64,000 bases of DNA from Acidobacteriota bacterium (GTDB taxonomy: Bacteria; Acidobacteriota; G020349885). The notes below the pieces were generated by a model. The model worked only from the letters and a program-made list of their open reading frames with translations, searched no databases and was not told the DNA's origin. Both the position numbers and the translations under genes were made by a program. The stretch is taken from NCBI GenBank assembly GCA_020349885.1, contig CP070701.1, forward strand, positions 1,270,512 through 1,334,511. Reading direction: 5' to 3'. The stretch's first letter is position 1. Each line of letters begins with the position of its first letter. This document shows, one piece after another, positions 46,986-55,900 of this stretch.

Positions 46986-47894
46986 CTATGCCTTGCGTAT
47001 TTCGGCGTGCGTTTCGAGGAGCACGTTCGACGACGCCTCCATCTCGCGTATGAAGCGCGTCACGATGACGGCGTAGAAGTTGTAGAACGGCTGCGCGAAC
47101 ATCGCGATAGTAAGACCCGATGCGGTCGTGATGAGGGCCTCGGAAATACCTGCGGCCACGAGGTTGGGATTCGAAAGGCCGTACTGGGCGATTTTGTCGA
47201 AGGAGTTGATCATGCCCGACACGGTGCCCAGGAAGCCTACGATGGGGGCGACGTTCGCGACGGTCGCCAGAATCCACAGAAACTTTTCCAGTCTGCCCAC
47301 CTCAAGGACCGCGCTGTTCTCGAGCGTTTTTTCGATCTCCTCCACGGGGTCGTCGAACTTCAAAAGTGCGCCCTTGACCACGTTTGCGACGGGCCGCCCG
47401 GCGTAAGCTTCCTCCTCGCAGATGGCCATGGCCGCCTTGACTCCGCCCTTGAGGAGCGCGTCGCGGGTGCGGTTGATGAACTCGACCGCATTGAGCGCGG
47501 CCTGCTTGTAGGCCCACGCACGCTCAAGGATGAACGCAAGCCCTACGAGGGACGCAATAAGAAGCGGATACATGAACGGCCCGCCCTTCTTGAAGAAAGT
47601 GCCTGCCCTGCCGATGAAACTCGGCTTTTCCTCGGCGGGGGGCGCTTCCTCAGGAGCGGCTTCCTCGGCGGGAGCGGCTTCCTCTCCCGGGGCGCCTTCC
47701 TCCCCGGGAACGCCTTCCTCACCCGGGACGCCTTCCTCACCCGGGACGCCTTCCTCTCCAGGAACACCTTCCTCTGCCGGAGCCGTTTCCTCGAGGGCCG
47801 GCTCTTCGATCTGCGCGACGACTATCCCGCATGCCGCGGCCAGAAATGCTGCAATAATTCCCAGTGCTGCGTATTGAAACAGGGTTCGGTTCAT
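46986..47894 (-). CDS. exbB: MotA/TolQ/ExbB proton channel protein with acidic repeat N-terminal extension
   Basis: Signal peptide, (G/A)(V/A)P(G/A)EE repeats, then the MotA_ExbB core (LWILATVANVAPIVGFLGTVSGMI). Confidence 0.88.
   Translation of the reverse strand: MNRTLFQYAALGIIAAFLAAACGIVVAQIEEPALEETAPAEEGVPGEEGVPGEEGVPGEEGVPGEEGAPGEEAAPAEEAAPEEAPPAEEKPSFIGRAGTFFKKGGPFMYPLLIASLVGLAFILERAWAYKQAALNAVEFINRTRDALLKGGVKAAMAICEEEAYAGRPVANVVKGALLKFDDPVEEIEKTLENSAVLEVGRLEKFLWILATVANVAPIVGFLGTVSGMINSFDKIAQYGLSNPNLVAAGISEALITTASGLTIAMFAQPFYNFYAVIVTRFIREMEASSNVLLETHAEIRKA
47646..47786 (-). repeat. in-frame 18-bp tandem repeat tract (about 8 units) inside exbB
   Basis: Plus-strand units TTCCTC(A/T)CCCGGGACGCC and variants. 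They encode GVPGEE x4, GAPGEE, AAPAEE, AAPEE and TAPAEE. Confidence 0.85.
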
Positions 47895-47960
47895 CGGTTT
47901 CTTATCCCTTCGTTTGTGTGTTTATCGTCATGCCAAGTTGGAACGTTGTCAAGTTGAAGG

Positions 47961-47989
47961 CCAAGATAGCACAGCGCCGGAAGGTTGTC
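47961..47989 (-). promoter_or_regulatory. sigma70-like promoter for exbB-exbD-exbD-tonB
   Basis: Minus strand: TTGACA (47989-47984), 17-nt spacer, TATCTT (47966-47961). A second CTTGACAA occurs at 47951-47944. Confidence 0.45.
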
Positions 47990-48049
47990 AAGGCCTGCCC
48001 CGGCGCTTGCCCCGACAAGCCCAAACTTTAGTATGGGTTTGCTTCCAAG

Positions 48050-48134
48050 AGATCCTTTGTTCATGAGCACTCCGTAGGTTCGTTCCTATGCTGAAATTGA
48101 AAAATCCTTTGTTTTCGAGCACTTCGTAGGTTCG
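48050..48134. repeat. 33-nt imperfect direct repeat pair in a long intergenic region
   Basis: ATCCTTTGTTCATGAGCACTCCGTAGGTTCGTT (48050-48082) versus ATCCTTTGTTTTCGAGCACTTCGTAGGTTCGTT (48102-48134): 4 mismatches, 52-nt period. Confidence 0.8.
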
Positions 48135-48281
48135 TTTTGTAATTCCTTGGAAGGGGCTTCTTTTCGCCTTGATTTCCAACTTCGGTGAATTCTTCATGCG
48201 GCATACCATATCATGTAATACGACATACGTCTTCCAACGTTTATGCCTCCCCGGCGATTTGTCAAGCATTTTTATCCGCCT

Positions 48282-48402
48282 ATGGCAGATTGCCGGCCCG
48301 CCGGAGGCGGGTAAAATTTGCCTAATCTGCCGCTTTTGCCGCTTTTTTGTAGGGGCACATCGCGCTGTGCCCCTGCAGGTGGGCGGGGTAACCCCGCCCC
48401 TA
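48282..48402. other. cluster of strong GC stem-loops (REP-like or structured RNA)
   Basis: GGCAGATT...AATCTGCC (48282-48329) encloses CCCGCC-GGA-GGCGGG. AGGGGCACA-TCGCGC-TGTGCCCCT lies at 48349-48372 and GGGCGGGG-TAA-CCCCGCCC at 48379-48397. The outer arms TGTAGGGG/CCCCTACA span 48346-48402. Confidence 0.6.
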
Positions 48403-48459
48403 CATTTTCCCCGCCTCAAACCGCTACGCACGCGCCGCGCTCGCAGGATGAAGCGGCCG

Positions 48460-49305
48460 TCAGCCCAACCGGTTTGTGATTTCCCGCAGCCTGATCATTT
48501 CCTGGTAGTACTCCGGGAACGCCTCGATGCTTTCCATAAAGCCGAAGACGTACATGATGATGGACAGCGTCTGCCCGTAGCTCGCCCCTTCCGTGCTCAC
48601 GGCGGCCACAATCGAAAAAAGCAACACCGCGGAGAGAACCAGCCATGTCAGCGAGAAATTCCTCGTTTCCAGGTCGGAGAGCTTGACGTACCACTTCGCG
48701 ATGCCCCGGAAGTGGGAGTCTATCTCCTTGGGATCGTTTTCGACGATAACGTCGACCTGGCGCTCGAACTCGTCGTTCTGCTTCCTGTTTATGAAAAAAA
48801 TCTTCTTCTCGCTGAGCGCGTATATCGCAGCGACCGCGGCCGTGCCCGCAAGGCAGGCCAGGAAAACTTCCGTATTAATAAAGAAAATGATGACCACGGT
48901 TCCCGCAAACCCGATGACGTTGTTAATAATGCCCGGCAGGGCGTGTTCCAGGAATTCGATGAACTCGGTGAACAGATTGGTCCGGGCGGAAATTGTGGAG
49001 GTCGTGGACTGCCGTTCCTTCTCGCGGTGCACCAGCTCATTGCTGACGACCCTGTAGATGCCGGAATAAATCCTTGTGTCGTAGAACCGCCGCCCGGCGC
49101 CGATGAGCAGCGTGATCACGCAGAGGAACCCCAGCTGGACGATTCCGGCCCAGCGTTGTTCGAGCAGGTCGTCCACGGCCCAGCCGATCACGAGGGGAAA
49201 GAGCAGAATCAGAATGCCTTCAAAAGTAACAAGCAGCCATGTGAAGGCGACTTTTTTCCAAAAGCGCCTCACTAGGTGGCGCAGCGATATGACGCTGTTC
49301 GTCAT
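48460..49305 (-). CDS. ABC-exporter-type six-transmembrane domain protein without an ATPase domain
   Basis: 281 aa with the layout of a type I ABC exporter TMD (six long helices, intracellular loop motifs) but no Walker motifs. Moderately AT-richer than the flanks. Confidence 0.55.
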   Translation of the reverse strand: MTNSVISLRHLVRRFWKKVAFTWLLVTFEGILILLFPLVIGWAVDDLLEQRWAGIVQLGFLCVITLLIGAGRRFYDTRIYSGIYRVVSNELVHREKERQSTTSTISARTNLFTEFIEFLEHALPGIINNVIGFAGTVVIIFFINTEVFLACLAGTAAVAAIYALSEKKIFFINRKQNDEFERQVDVIVENDPKEIDSHFRGIAKWYVKLSDLETRNFSLTWLVLSAVLLFSIVAAVSTEGASYGQTLSIIMYVFGFMESIEAFPEYYQEMIRLREITNRLG

Positions 49306-49398
49306 GCATGCGTTCCTTTTTTATTCCCGGGCCGCGTCCTTTATGGTAAACGGATGGAAGGCGGTCTTCCGTCTCGAATGGCGGGACGGGCCTGGCGG

Positions 49399-50112
49399 TT
49401 AATACTCCTCGATATCGCCGAGCATTGGACGAACGATTATTTCTTCGACCACGGCTTGGGGGCTGAGGCTTACCACGGTGCGAACGAGTTTTCCGATGTC
49501 CGCCGGATCCAACAGGCGGCCTTCGGGGAAGGTTACCCCCGCCCACTGGTCCGTCAGGGCGTCGCCGGGCGATATGTAGGTTACGGATATCCCGTCGTTC
49601 ATCAACTCCTCGCGCAAATTGACGGCGTAGCCGCGCAGCGCCCACTTGGCGATGCCGCACAACGGGTTCTCTTTAAACGGCCCGTGCGCGGCCGTGGAGC
49701 CTATGAATACCACCCTGGAATTGGGCGTTTCCCGCAAGTGAGGGATGAAGCCCTGGACGCAGTGGTAGGCGGACATGAAATCGACTTCGAACGCCTTCTG
49801 GAAATCGGAAGGCGTCGCGGCGGCGAGATCTTTCTCGATCAAAACGCCCGCGCTCAGCACGAGGACGTTCGGCATGATGTCGTTTTTTTTCGCAAACTCC
49901 GCCAATTCGGAAAACACCCCGGCGTCCGCGAGGTCGCACGCGAAGCATTCGACGCGGGACTTCGAGCGCGATTTGATCTCGCGCGAGGCCGCGTCGAGAT
50001 TCTTGGGGGTTTTGGCCACGAGCAGAAGGTCGTACCCCGCGTCGGCGAGCTCGAGGGCTACGGCCTTTCCTAGTCCGCGGCTTCCGCCCGTGATAAGTGC
50101 ATTCATCGGCAT
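49399..50112 (-). CDS. short-chain dehydrogenase/reductase family protein, atypical (Cys at the catalytic Tyr position)
   Basis: TGGSRGLG cofactor motif; Ser in IGSTAA; 13 residues later CGIAK occupies the place of YxxxK. Confidence 0.75.
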   Translation of the reverse strand: MPMNALITGGSRGLGKAVALELADAGYDLLLVAKTPKNLDAASREIKSRSKSRVECFACDLADAGVFSELAEFAKKNDIMPNVLVLSAGVLIEKDLAAATPSDFQKAFEVDFMSAYHCVQGFIPHLRETPNSRVVFIGSTAAHGPFKENPLCGIAKWALRGYAVNLREELMNDGISVTYISPGDALTDQWAGVTFPEGRLLDPADIGKLVRTVVSLSPQAVVEEIIVRPMLGDIEEY

Positions 50113-50143
50113 GAGTGTCTCCTTATGTGGTGAACATTATCCC

Positions 50144-50935
50144 TCAGAATCCCACCTCGAAAAAGTGAAACGCGCTCCGGTTGGGGAGGAGCGCGATGCC
50201 CCAGGCCGCAAACAGGAAAAACGCGTAGGCCAGTGCAAGAAGCCACGCCAGGCGGCGGCCGCCCCAGCGGTGGAATATTCGCATGTGAACGGCGAGCCCC
50301 ATCGCGAGCCAGGAGCACACCGTCGTGGTCTCTATTATGTCCCAGCTCCACCACCGGCCGATGAGCTGGAACTCGTAGATCGAGCCGAGCGCAGTTGCAA
50401 TGGAAAGCGCGGCGAAGGCGAAAAGAAGCCACGCCAGCGTCTTCTCGTCCGTCCGCGCCTGCTTTTCCGGAGGCGCGGCGCCGCGGCGGACGAGGGCGCG
50501 GCCGGCGTTGAGGAACGCCACGGACAGGCCCCAGAACGCCACCCAGGCGAAGAGCGCGTGGAACTCGGCCCACAGGCTCTGCTCCGAGATCGTTAGCGGA
50601 ATTCTCCGGGTGTTGAAGGAGACGCCCCAGAGCAGGAGGGCGGCGTTGAGCCACGCGCCGGCGCGGCACACGTCCCGGAGCGCGGCGTCCAGCCGGAACA
50701 GGACGACCCACCCGATGGAGAGCACCCAGACGGCGGCGAGGGAGTTCTCGTAGGTCCCGAACACGGGCGCGTGTCCGACTCCGGCCCACCGCACCGAGAC
50801 CGTGGCGGTGGCGAGAAGGGCCGCGGCGACAAATAGCATTCCCCGCGCGAGGGCCCTCCCGCGCGCGGGCCACAGCCCCGCCGCGACGTGCGCCGCAAGC
50901 GTCAGTCCCCACAGCAACGCTTCCGGGCCGGTCAT
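50144..50935 (-). CDS. ccsA: cytochrome c biogenesis protein CcsA (System II heme-handling subunit), copy 1
   Basis: W-rich motif GRWWSWDIIET and conserved His residues. Start ATG 50935 in an ATGA overlap with resB. Confidence 0.82.
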   Translation of the reverse strand: MTGPEALLWGLTLAAHVAAGLWPARGRALARGMLFVAAALLATATVSVRWAGVGHAPVFGTYENSLAAVWVLSIGWVVLFRLDAALRDVCRAGAWLNAALLLWGVSFNTRRIPLTISEQSLWAEFHALFAWVAFWGLSVAFLNAGRALVRRGAAPPEKQARTDEKTLAWLLFAFAALSIATALGSIYEFQLIGRWWSWDIIETTTVCSWLAMGLAVHMRIFHRWGGRRLAWLLALAYAFFLFAAWGIALLPNRSAFHFFEVGF

Positions 50936-52254
50936 GCGCTGAGCGCTCCGCGCGCCAGCTTCAGCGCCCGGCGGACGACACGGGAGCCGAAGGTTTTTGG
51001 AAAGAGCGGGCTGTGCGCGCCCACGATGAGAACCGCTCCGCCGCCGGGCAGGGAGGACGCCAGCTCCGTCCGCGCCGCGACGCTGCGCTGGTGCCGCACG
51101 AGGCGTACGGCGAGGCCCGCGAGCGCCACCGCGTAGCCGGAAAAAACCAGGATGTAGCCGCGGGTGCGCTGAATGCGGAAGTGGCCGTAGTAGCGGATGT
51201 CGGGAAAGCGAAGGGAGTATTGATCGAACCGGACGGTCTCTCCGGGCCGCACGAGGCCCCGGAACGCCTCCCGCGGCGGCGGCGGGGAGTTTCTCTGGAT
51301 TTGAACCTTGTAGAGAGGATTTTTCAGATTGTGGGTCAGCGTGAACACGTCTTCCCCCTTCACGGCGTGGTCCGGAAACACCTGGACGGCGCACTCGTAG
51401 GGAAGCTCGCCGAGGGGGAACGCGTCCCACAGGCCGGCGGGAACGATGGAGAGGTTCATGTAGGAGCGATAAATTTCCCGCCCCGCCTCGTCCGTCACGA
51501 CGCATTCCGGCGCGTAGCCGAAGCCGCGAAGCGCCACGATGGCCCCCTCGTGGAAGAGCGGCGTGTTTATCCACATGCGCTTTTCACTGGCGAGCGTCTC
51601 AGCGGGATAAGCCACGCGCGCGTACAGGTCGGTGAAGAGAAAATTATCCTTCCAGAACCGGGGAATAACCTTTTCGAGCTTGAACGAGACGCGCGGGTAC
51701 GACTCGGCGGGAGAATCTTTCGGAAACAGGTACTCTTCCGGAGCGCCGCGGAAGGCCTGCCCCTCCGTGAGAACCACCTCCCCGTGGAAGGGGCTGGCGA
51801 GCTCGACGAGATAGGCCAGCACGATGAGCAGGAAGACGGTGTGGAAAACGAGCGTGCCCCACAGGCTGCGCTCCCCGACGGCCGCGTGGAAGCCGTCTTC
51901 CGTGCTTCGGACGCGGTAGCCCCGCCGCCGCAGGCTGGCCCGGAGCGCGGTCTTCACGCGCTCGGCGCGCTCCGGGGGCATCCGCAGCGCAAGCACCGTC
52001 GGTAGCGCGGGGACTCCGGCCACCCGGACGTGCCGGCCGTGCCATAGATGGAAGGCGGTGCGCCCGACGTAGAAGACGCTGTTGAGCGCCAGCGCGAAAA
52101 AGAGCGCAAGGAAAGGCCACTCCGAAGCGATGCCGCGCAGCGTGGCGAAGGGCACGCCGTAGATTTGATAGGGAATCATGAAAACGGCGATGGCCGCAAG
52201 GAGCACCGTCATCAGATAAACCGAGAGGCGGGGGGAGGCGAGAAACTTTATCAC
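50932..52254 (-). CDS. resB: cytochrome c biogenesis protein ResB/CcsB, copy 1
   Basis: N-terminal LASPRLSVYLMTVLLAAIAV, a large soluble loop and a C-terminal TM pair, directly upstream of ccsA. GTG start at 52254 (GTGA overlap). Confidence 0.72.
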   Translation of the reverse strand: MIKFLASPRLSVYLMTVLLAAIAVFMIPYQIYGVPFATLRGIASEWPFLALFFALALNSVFYVGRTAFHLWHGRHVRVAGVPALPTVLALRMPPERAERVKTALRASLRRRGYRVRSTEDGFHAAVGERSLWGTLVFHTVFLLIVLAYLVELASPFHGEVVLTEGQAFRGAPEEYLFPKDSPAESYPRVSFKLEKVIPRFWKDNFLFTDLYARVAYPAETLASEKRMWINTPLFHEGAIVALRGFGYAPECVVTDEAGREIYRSYMNLSIVPAGLWDAFPLGELPYECAVQVFPDHAVKGEDVFTLTHNLKNPLYKVQIQRNSPPPPREAFRGLVRPGETVRFDQYSLRFPDIRYYGHFRIQRTRGYILVFSGYAVALAGLAVRLVRHQRSVAARTELASSLPGGGAVLIVGAHSPLFPKTFGSRVVRRALKLARGALSA

Positions 52255-52724
52255 GTGGTGTCCACCGAAGAATGAGGCGATACAACCTCGAGTTCGGAAA
52301 TCACCCACCGCCCTTCTTGGAGCACGAGGCGGTAGAGCACTTCCTGGGAAAAAATTTCTTCCTCCTCGGCGGGAAGACGGGTTTCGGAAGAAATCTTCGT
52401 GCACGTCCAGCGCTCTTTCGTCCGGACCGAGACCTCGGAGTCCTCGACGCGCGTTTCCACGACGGTGAGCTCGTGGAGGTCGCAGCTGAGAAGCCTTTCC
52501 TGCTTGAGCAGGTAGAGGATGTATTCGGTGACGCGCGAGTGCTCCTCGGGGGTCGTGTAGCGGGCCACCAGGTCTGGGTCGGGGCGGAGGTAGGCGTCGC
52601 GGAGGGCGTCGTTGTAGCGGCGCACTACCTCCACCGCCGCCTTTTTCGGGCCCTGGGCGCAGGCCCAGCATGCCGCTGCGGCGAGAACCAGGCTACAGAA
52701 GCTGCGTGTGCGTCGCGGGAACAA
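52251..52724 (-). CDS. hypothetical lipoprotein between the two ResB/CcsA pairs
   Basis: Signal peptide with a Cys (SLVLAAAACWAC) and a ~130-aa soluble domain. No family recognised. Confidence 0.5.
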   Translation of the reverse strand: MFPRRTRSFCSLVLAAAACWACAQGPKKAAVEVVRRYNDALRDAYLRPDPDLVARYTTPEEHSRVTEYILYLLKQERLLSCDLHELTVVETRVEDSEVSVRTKERWTCTKISSETRLPAEEEEIFSQEVLYRLVLQEGRWVISELEVVSPHSSVDTT

Positions 52725-53514
52725 ACCCTATGCCCCAGAAGTAGATGATGTTTGTAATGAGGGCCAGGAGCGCGTACCAGGCCGCCGTCCGGCCCCGCAT
52801 GCCGAACATCAGGCGGAAGTGAAGAAAGAGGCCGTAGACGAGCCAGGAAATGAGCGACCACGTCTCGATCGGATCCCACGACCAGTAACTGCCCCACAGC
52901 CCGTGCGCCCAGATGGCCCCAGTCGCGATCATCAGGCCCTGGCCGATGAATCCGAAGAGGATGAAGCGGAACGTGAGGTCTTCCATGCGCGCCGGGGCGG
53001 GCAGGCGCTGAAGGAAGCCTCCTGCGCGGGGGGCGCGGTGGGATTTGATTAGATAGAAAAGGCCCAGGCCCGCCGCCGCCACGAAGCTGCCCCACGAAAG
53101 CCACGCGAACCCCACGTGCACCCAGAGCCAGTTGCTCTGGAAGGGAGGCGCGAGCGGGCGTATCTCGTTCTCCGCCATCACGCCGCAGCCCAGCATGATG
53201 AGCGCCACGGCCGCCGCCACCAGTCCGAGCGGGCGCAGGCTCTCGCGCCTCCAGGCGGCGACGAGGTAGACGACGCCCGCGAACCAGGCGCCGGCCGCCG
53301 CGTGCTCGATCGGCTCCGCCACTGGAGGGTGGCCCGACGCGGCCCAGCGCACCGCGACGGCGAGCGTGTGGAGGGCGAAGGCCCACGGAAACACCAGCCA
53401 CGCCCACCTGAGGCGGCGCTCCGAGTGGAACACCCAGCCGCTCAGGAACAGGGCGGCGGCCACGGCGTAGCCCGCAATTGCGCCCCAGAGAATCGACCCT
53501 TCCGCGATGATCAT
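52693..53514 (-). CDS. ccsA: cytochrome c biogenesis protein CcsA, copy 2
   Basis: WGSYWSWDPIETWS tryptophan-rich motif. ATGA overlap with the resB copy 2 stop. Confidence 0.88.
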   Translation of the reverse strand: MIIAEGSILWGAIAGYAVAAALFLSGWVFHSERRLRWAWLVFPWAFALHTLAVAVRWAASGHPPVAEPIEHAAAGAWFAGVVYLVAAWRRESLRPLGLVAAAVALIMLGCGVMAENEIRPLAPPFQSNWLWVHVGFAWLSWGSFVAAAGLGLFYLIKSHRAPRAGGFLQRLPAPARMEDLTFRFILFGFIGQGLMIATGAIWAHGLWGSYWSWDPIETWSLISWLVYGLFLHFRLMFGMRGRTAAWYALLALITNIIYFWGIGFVPATHTQLL

Positions 53515-54895
53515 GGGGAAGGCGAATCCTCGCTCGGTCGCGGCGCTTCGAGAAGGCGCTCCGCCTCCTCCTCGAATTCCTCCTTGAAGAGGGCGGGGCA
53601 GTGGGGCGAGTGGCCGCGGACGAGAAGCTCGCCGCCGCGCCGCTCGATCCAGAGGCGGCGCTCGTAGTCCCAGAAGCGCACGCCGAGAGCCGCGGTTCCG
53701 CCGAAGAAGGAGACGAACAGAAGGAAAAGGCCGAACTCCCGCACCACGCGCAGGCTGACCCAGCGGCGCACGTCGGTGAAGAGCACGCGGTATTCCCCCG
53801 CCGCGTCATGCCCCGGCTGGAGAGAGGGAAAGGCGACGCTCCGGCCCTGGTGCAGGAACCCCTCGTACAGGAGCTCCCCGCGGCGGAGGATGCGGGCGTG
53901 GAAGGCGGGATTGGAAAGGGCGGAGGTCAGGCTTACGGCGCGCCCCTCTTCGTCCACCGAAAAATCCGGATAGAAGGTCAGCTCGAGGCGCAGCCCCAGC
54001 TCGGGCGCCTCGAAGGAGTCCTCGCGGTAGCCCATCACGCTCAGGTTCACGTACTGGTCGAAGCGGAGATTCTCGTTTTCGTCCCAGAGCTGAAAGCGCG
54101 GCGAGAACCCCTGGCGGTGGAGGATGAAATGGGTTCCCTCAAGCGCCCAGGGCTCGTTGACCCTCATGGTGACCCACTTGGCGTCTCGAGTCGGGGCGTC
54201 GTAACGAAAATCCGCCCGGTATTCGACGGGATGAATCTCCTCCTCGTACACGGCCTCGAAGCGCTCAAGGGTGAGCAAGCCTGGAGGCAAAAAAAAACTC
54301 TGGGTCTCCTCACGACCTTTTGAAGCGACTCTGGGACGAGCGGCACCGTCTGCCCCTCGGCCACGACCAGCGAGGCCGAAAGCCCGAACAAGGCCTGAAG
54401 TATGGCGCCCACGATAATCATGAGGAGGTTGGCGTGGAAGACGGTGGACCCCCAGAAGCCCCAACGCCCGCGCTTCGCGATCCACCGCCCCGGAGCCGGG
54501 GAGGCGACGCGCCACCCCCGCCCCGCAAGCCGCTGCAGGAGGAAGTCTTCCATATCTATTGGAACCGCTTTCGAGAACGCCTCTTCCGGCGGCCGGTCGG
54601 GGGCCCGGTTCCGGCGGGGGATGCGCTGGATGCTGCAGAGCGCGGTGTTGACGAGCAGGTAGAGGCAGAGGCCGATGAACGGCCAGCTTTCCACCACGCG
54701 TTGCGTGTTGAGCGCTTCCCCTGTCCGAAGCCAGACGGGGTGCAGCTGTGCTTCCTCCTGCTCGCTCAGGTAGAGAGGGTTCGGGAGCGCCGTGCTAAGA
54801 ATCAGGAGGCCCGTAATGAGGGAGAAGCTTACGATGGCGAGCGTCCGCGACGTAAGCAGCTTCCACACGGCGCGAGGTCCGGCATGCAGGCGCAT
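53511..54895 (-). pseudogene. resB: ResB/CcsB copy 2, reading frame broken at an A9/T9 homopolymer
   Basis: The N-terminal part (ORF 54164..54913, MRLHAGPRAVWKLLTSRTLAIV...LVVAEGQTVPLVPESLQKV) and the C-terminal part (ORF 53511..54515, ...FFLPPGLLTLERFEAVYEEEIHPVEYRADFRY...) are in different frames. They meet at the A run 54288-54296. Confidence 0.75.
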
Positions 54896-55115
54896 TTTTT
54901 TGCTCAAGTCCACAGTTTACCGTACTTTCTAGTGTAGTGCGCCCGACGCTTCTTTACAATGGCGGGGGCCATGAAAGGCCTTCAAATTCGCGTCCATGAG
55001 CGACGCACCGCTGCGCCCCGACTTTGTCGGGGCGAGCTTCGTGACGGCTTGATTTAGGAAAAAAGAGGGGATGTCGGGTCTTCTAAAGGCGGGGTGAAGG
55101 TCGTGGCTTTCGGGA

Positions 55116-55742
55116 TTATGGCTCCGGGCAGACGGAGACATTCACCCCGAACTCGAAGAGGGTCGACGGGCCTGGATTCGGTATGGATACTATATGAACT
55201 CTTGCATTCGTGTCCGTGCAATCGAGAGTTATGATGGGTGAAATCTGTTGAACCGCGACGTCGACAAGGAATACACCCCCGGGGAGTGCGCTGGCGATTA
55301 CAGCCACAATTTCAGCATCATAGCCATCCGGGCAATCTTGGTTCGGACAAGTCTCATCGAAGGGGATAGAGCAACAGCTGCGACAATATCCCGGCGTAAT
55401 GGTAGCAAGGAGGGTATGCGAGCAGAAGTCGATCGTCGGCGCCGACCCTTCCAGAAAGTATTCGACCCACGCGGAATCCAGGTCCGCTTGGTTGTCAATG
55501 GCCCAGCCGAGTCCGGGCTCTGATTGGGAAGCGCGGAGGCCGCATCCTTCGTAAACCGTCTCTAAGGGGATGTCGGGGCCGCCGGGACAAACCCCGCAAG
55601 GGGGGGGAGTGACGGGTGTGTCACCGCAAGGGAGAGGAGTATCGGGCGATGAAGGTGAGGAAGGCGAGGACGGTGAGGAACCCGCGCAGCCGACGGCAAC
55701 CACCGCGAGGCAGCAAAGCAAGGCGAGAAGTAATCTCTTCAT
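55116..55742 (-). CDS. Cys-rich lipoprotein, hypothetical
   Basis: Lipobox AVVAVGCAG, a (SSP)n linker, then a ~170-aa domain with many Cys residues. Somewhat AT-richer than the flanks. Confidence 0.55.
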   Translation of the reverse strand: MKRLLLALLCCLAVVAVGCAGSSPSSPSSPSSPDTPLPCGDTPVTPPPCGVCPGGPDIPLETVYEGCGLRASQSEPGLGWAIDNQADLDSAWVEYFLEGSAPTIDFCSHTLLATITPGYCRSCCSIPFDETCPNQDCPDGYDAEIVAVIASALPGGVFLVDVAVQQISPIITLDCTDTNARVHIVSIPNPGPSTLFEFGVNVSVCPEP

Positions 55743-55900
55743 TGACTTGGCCTCCGAGCAATTTAAGTATACGCCGTTTGGAGCGAAAAATCAAGTTAAT
55801 CTTTCGTCTCCCCGGCCATTTTCAGCGGATACGCCCGGTCTCGCAGCGCGCCCGCCGCGCGGGGCTACGCCCGCCTCGGCTCAATGACGGCCTGAGGCTT

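Noticed and set aside
47646-47786. CRISPR-like appearance of the regularly spaced 18-bp repeats.
   Set aside because: The units are contiguous with no spacers. They are in frame inside exbB and encode a GVPGEE peptide repeat.
48050-48134. tRNA-like T-arm sequence (GTAGGTTCGTT) in both 33-nt repeats.
   Set aside because: No acceptor stem, anticodon arm or D-arm can be drawn around either copy. The resemblance is limited to a few bases.
47988-48431. 147-aa minus-strand ORF in the long intergenic region.
   Set aside because: It has Arg/Cys/Lys-rich odd composition, no ribosome-binding site or family motif, and it is built largely from the direct repeats and GC hairpins.
55015-55033. Hairpin GCCCCGAC-TTT-GTCGGGGC downstream of the Cys-rich lipoprotein gene, considered as an intrinsic terminator.
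   Set aside because: It lacks a following U-tract on the relevant (minus) strand, so support for a terminator call is insufficient.
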